Positions 23,082 through 24,000 of a stretch of DNA of 24,000 nt are shown here, piece by piece. The DNA is from Candidatus Saccharimonadales bacterium. Its GTDB lineage: Bacteria > Patescibacteriota > Saccharimonadia > Saccharimonadales > OMJO01. The notes beneath the pieces are model-generated. The model worked only from the letters and a program-made list of their open reading frames with translations. It was not told the origin of the DNA and did not search any database. Location: assembly GCA_038216175.1 (NCBI GenBank), contig JBBQQG010000008.1, positions 3,632 to 27,631 of the forward strand. The letters run 5' to 3'. A program made the position numbers and the translations under genes. The first letter of the stretch is position 1, and every line of letters begins with the position of its first letter.

Positions 23082-24000
23082 GTGGCAAGACGTCCAACTA
23101 AGTATGTATTTGTTACAGGTGGTGTACTTTCTGGACTAGGGAAGGGTATAACTGCCGCTTCTATTGGAAATCTTTTAAAGGCTCGCGGATTATCAGTAAA
23201 TATTCAGAAATGCGATCCATATTTAAATGTCGATGCTGGCACGCTTAACCCTGCCGAGCATGGCGAATGTTTTGTAACAAAAGACGGAGCAGAAACTGAT
23301 TTAGATCTTGGACATTATGAAAGATTTTTAGATCAAGAATTAACCCAATCTAGTTCACTTATGAGTGGTCGAGTGCTTAGTAAAGTCATAAACGACGAGA
23401 GGCACGGGAAATACCTTGGTAAAACCGTTCAATTTATTCCTCATGTTACTCAATGTATTATCAATGAAATAATAGCTGCCAGCGATGGCTTTGATGTTCA
23501 TATAGTTGAGATCGGCGGTACGGTAGGTGATTATGAAGGGCTCAGCTTTATTGAAGGTATTCGAGAACTTGGTTATAAAGTTGGACGAGATAACTGTTTG
23601 TATGTTCATGTTGTTTATGTACCTTATTTAGGTGCCAGTCATGAATATAAAACCAAGCCTGCCCAAAACGCGGTTCGTGATTTAAGAGGCCTTGGACTTG
23701 TGCCAGATGTACTGGTTGCTCGAAGTGAAGAGAAATCGCCCAAAAATATTATAAGTAAATTAAGCTTGTTCTCTGGAGTCGATCAGAAAGCTATAGCTCT
23801 ACTCCCAAACGCAGCTACGATTTACGATGTTCCGCTAACGTTAGAAGATACTGGTATAGCTGACGTCATATGCTTAAGACTAGGACTCAAGATTGCAAAG
23901 CCGGATTTAAACGAATGGAGAAGCGTAGTTAAGAAAGCACTTTCTAAATCAGGCAAGAACGTGACTGTTGGGGTAGTTGCAAAATATATGGATAATCAGG
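23082..24000 (+). CDS. pyrG: CTP synthase (5' partial; runs off the window end)
   Basis: My own translation from GTG 23082 gives VARRPTKYVFVTGGVLSGLGKGITAASIGNLLKARGLSVNIQKCDPYLNVDAGTLNPAEHGECFVTKDGAETDLDLGHYERFL. This is the canonical PyrG N-terminus. GAGG SD at 23069-23072. It is absent from the ORF track because no stop is reached. Confidence 0.92.
   Translation, partial: MARRPTKYVFVTGGVLSGLGKGITAASIGNLLKARGLSVNIQKCDPYLNVDAGTLNPAEHGECFVTKDGAETDLDLGHYERFLDQELTQSSSLMSGRVLSKVINDERHGKYLGKTVQFIPHVTQCIINEIIAASDGFDVHIVEIGGTVGDYEGLSFIEGIRELGYKVGRDNCLYVHVVYVPYLGASHEYKTKPAQNAVRDLRGLGLVPDVLVARSEEKSPKNIISKLSLFSGVDQKAIALLPNAATIYDVPLTLEDTGIADVICLRLGLKIAKPDLNEWRSVVKKALSKSGKNVTVGVVAKYMDNQ

Noticed and set aside
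1-24000. Alternative genetic code (UGA recoded, as in some CPR lineages).
   Set aside because: Four well-aligned genes terminate at UGA (5468-5470, 10368-10370, 18701-18703, 19422-19424). All conserved proteins translate without in-frame UGA. An RF2 gene is present. The standard bacterial code fits.
1-24000. Searched by eye for CRISPR repeats, tRNA/rRNA genes, transposase/integrase genes, long direct repeats or an obviously foreign island.
   Set aside because: No regularly spaced direct repeats, cloverleaf-like segments or recombinase motifs were found. The intergenic space is too small to hide such elements, and no stretch looks obviously different in composition or coding pattern. Compositional statistics were not computed.

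Overview
This is an AT-rich, very gene-dense window. All 23 protein-coding genes I can support lie on the + strand, several with touching or overlapping stop/start codons. Most of the content is core housekeeping: three aminoacyl-tRNA synthetases (proS, lysS, serS), greA, hpf, secA, prfB, two rRNA methyltransferases and a partial pyrG. There is also a set of envelope functions: an RseP site-2 protease, a CPBP protease, an M16 peptidase, an S41 C-terminal processing peptidase, a MacB-type ABC pair, and ftsEX followed by a coiled-coil CHAP hydrolase. I found no rRNA, tRNA, CRISPR array, transposase or integrase. The single-strand layout, trimmed proteins (ProRS without its editing domain, a short HPF, SecA without its zinc-finger tail) and a monoderm-style FtsEX/PcsB-like hydrolase suggest a reduced-genome monoderm such as a CPR/Patescibacteria (Saccharibacteria-like) organism; this is inference only. 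The standout is the 259-aa membrane protein at 8332-9111, which I read as a heliorhodopsin. It sits just downstream of a MacB-type ABC module, behind an intergenic region with a perfect 24-bp palindrome, and appears to be expressed from a leaderless promoter. Other points worth a second look are -10-like hexamers 5-9 nt upstream of many ATG codons (possible widespread leaderless mRNAs), an RF2 with SPY in place of SPF and no programmed frameshift, a 12-bp inverted repeat over the prfB promoter, and a Cas4-like PD-(D/E)XK nuclease inside a housekeeping gene string. All family assignments rest on motifs I recognised by eye; no database search was run.
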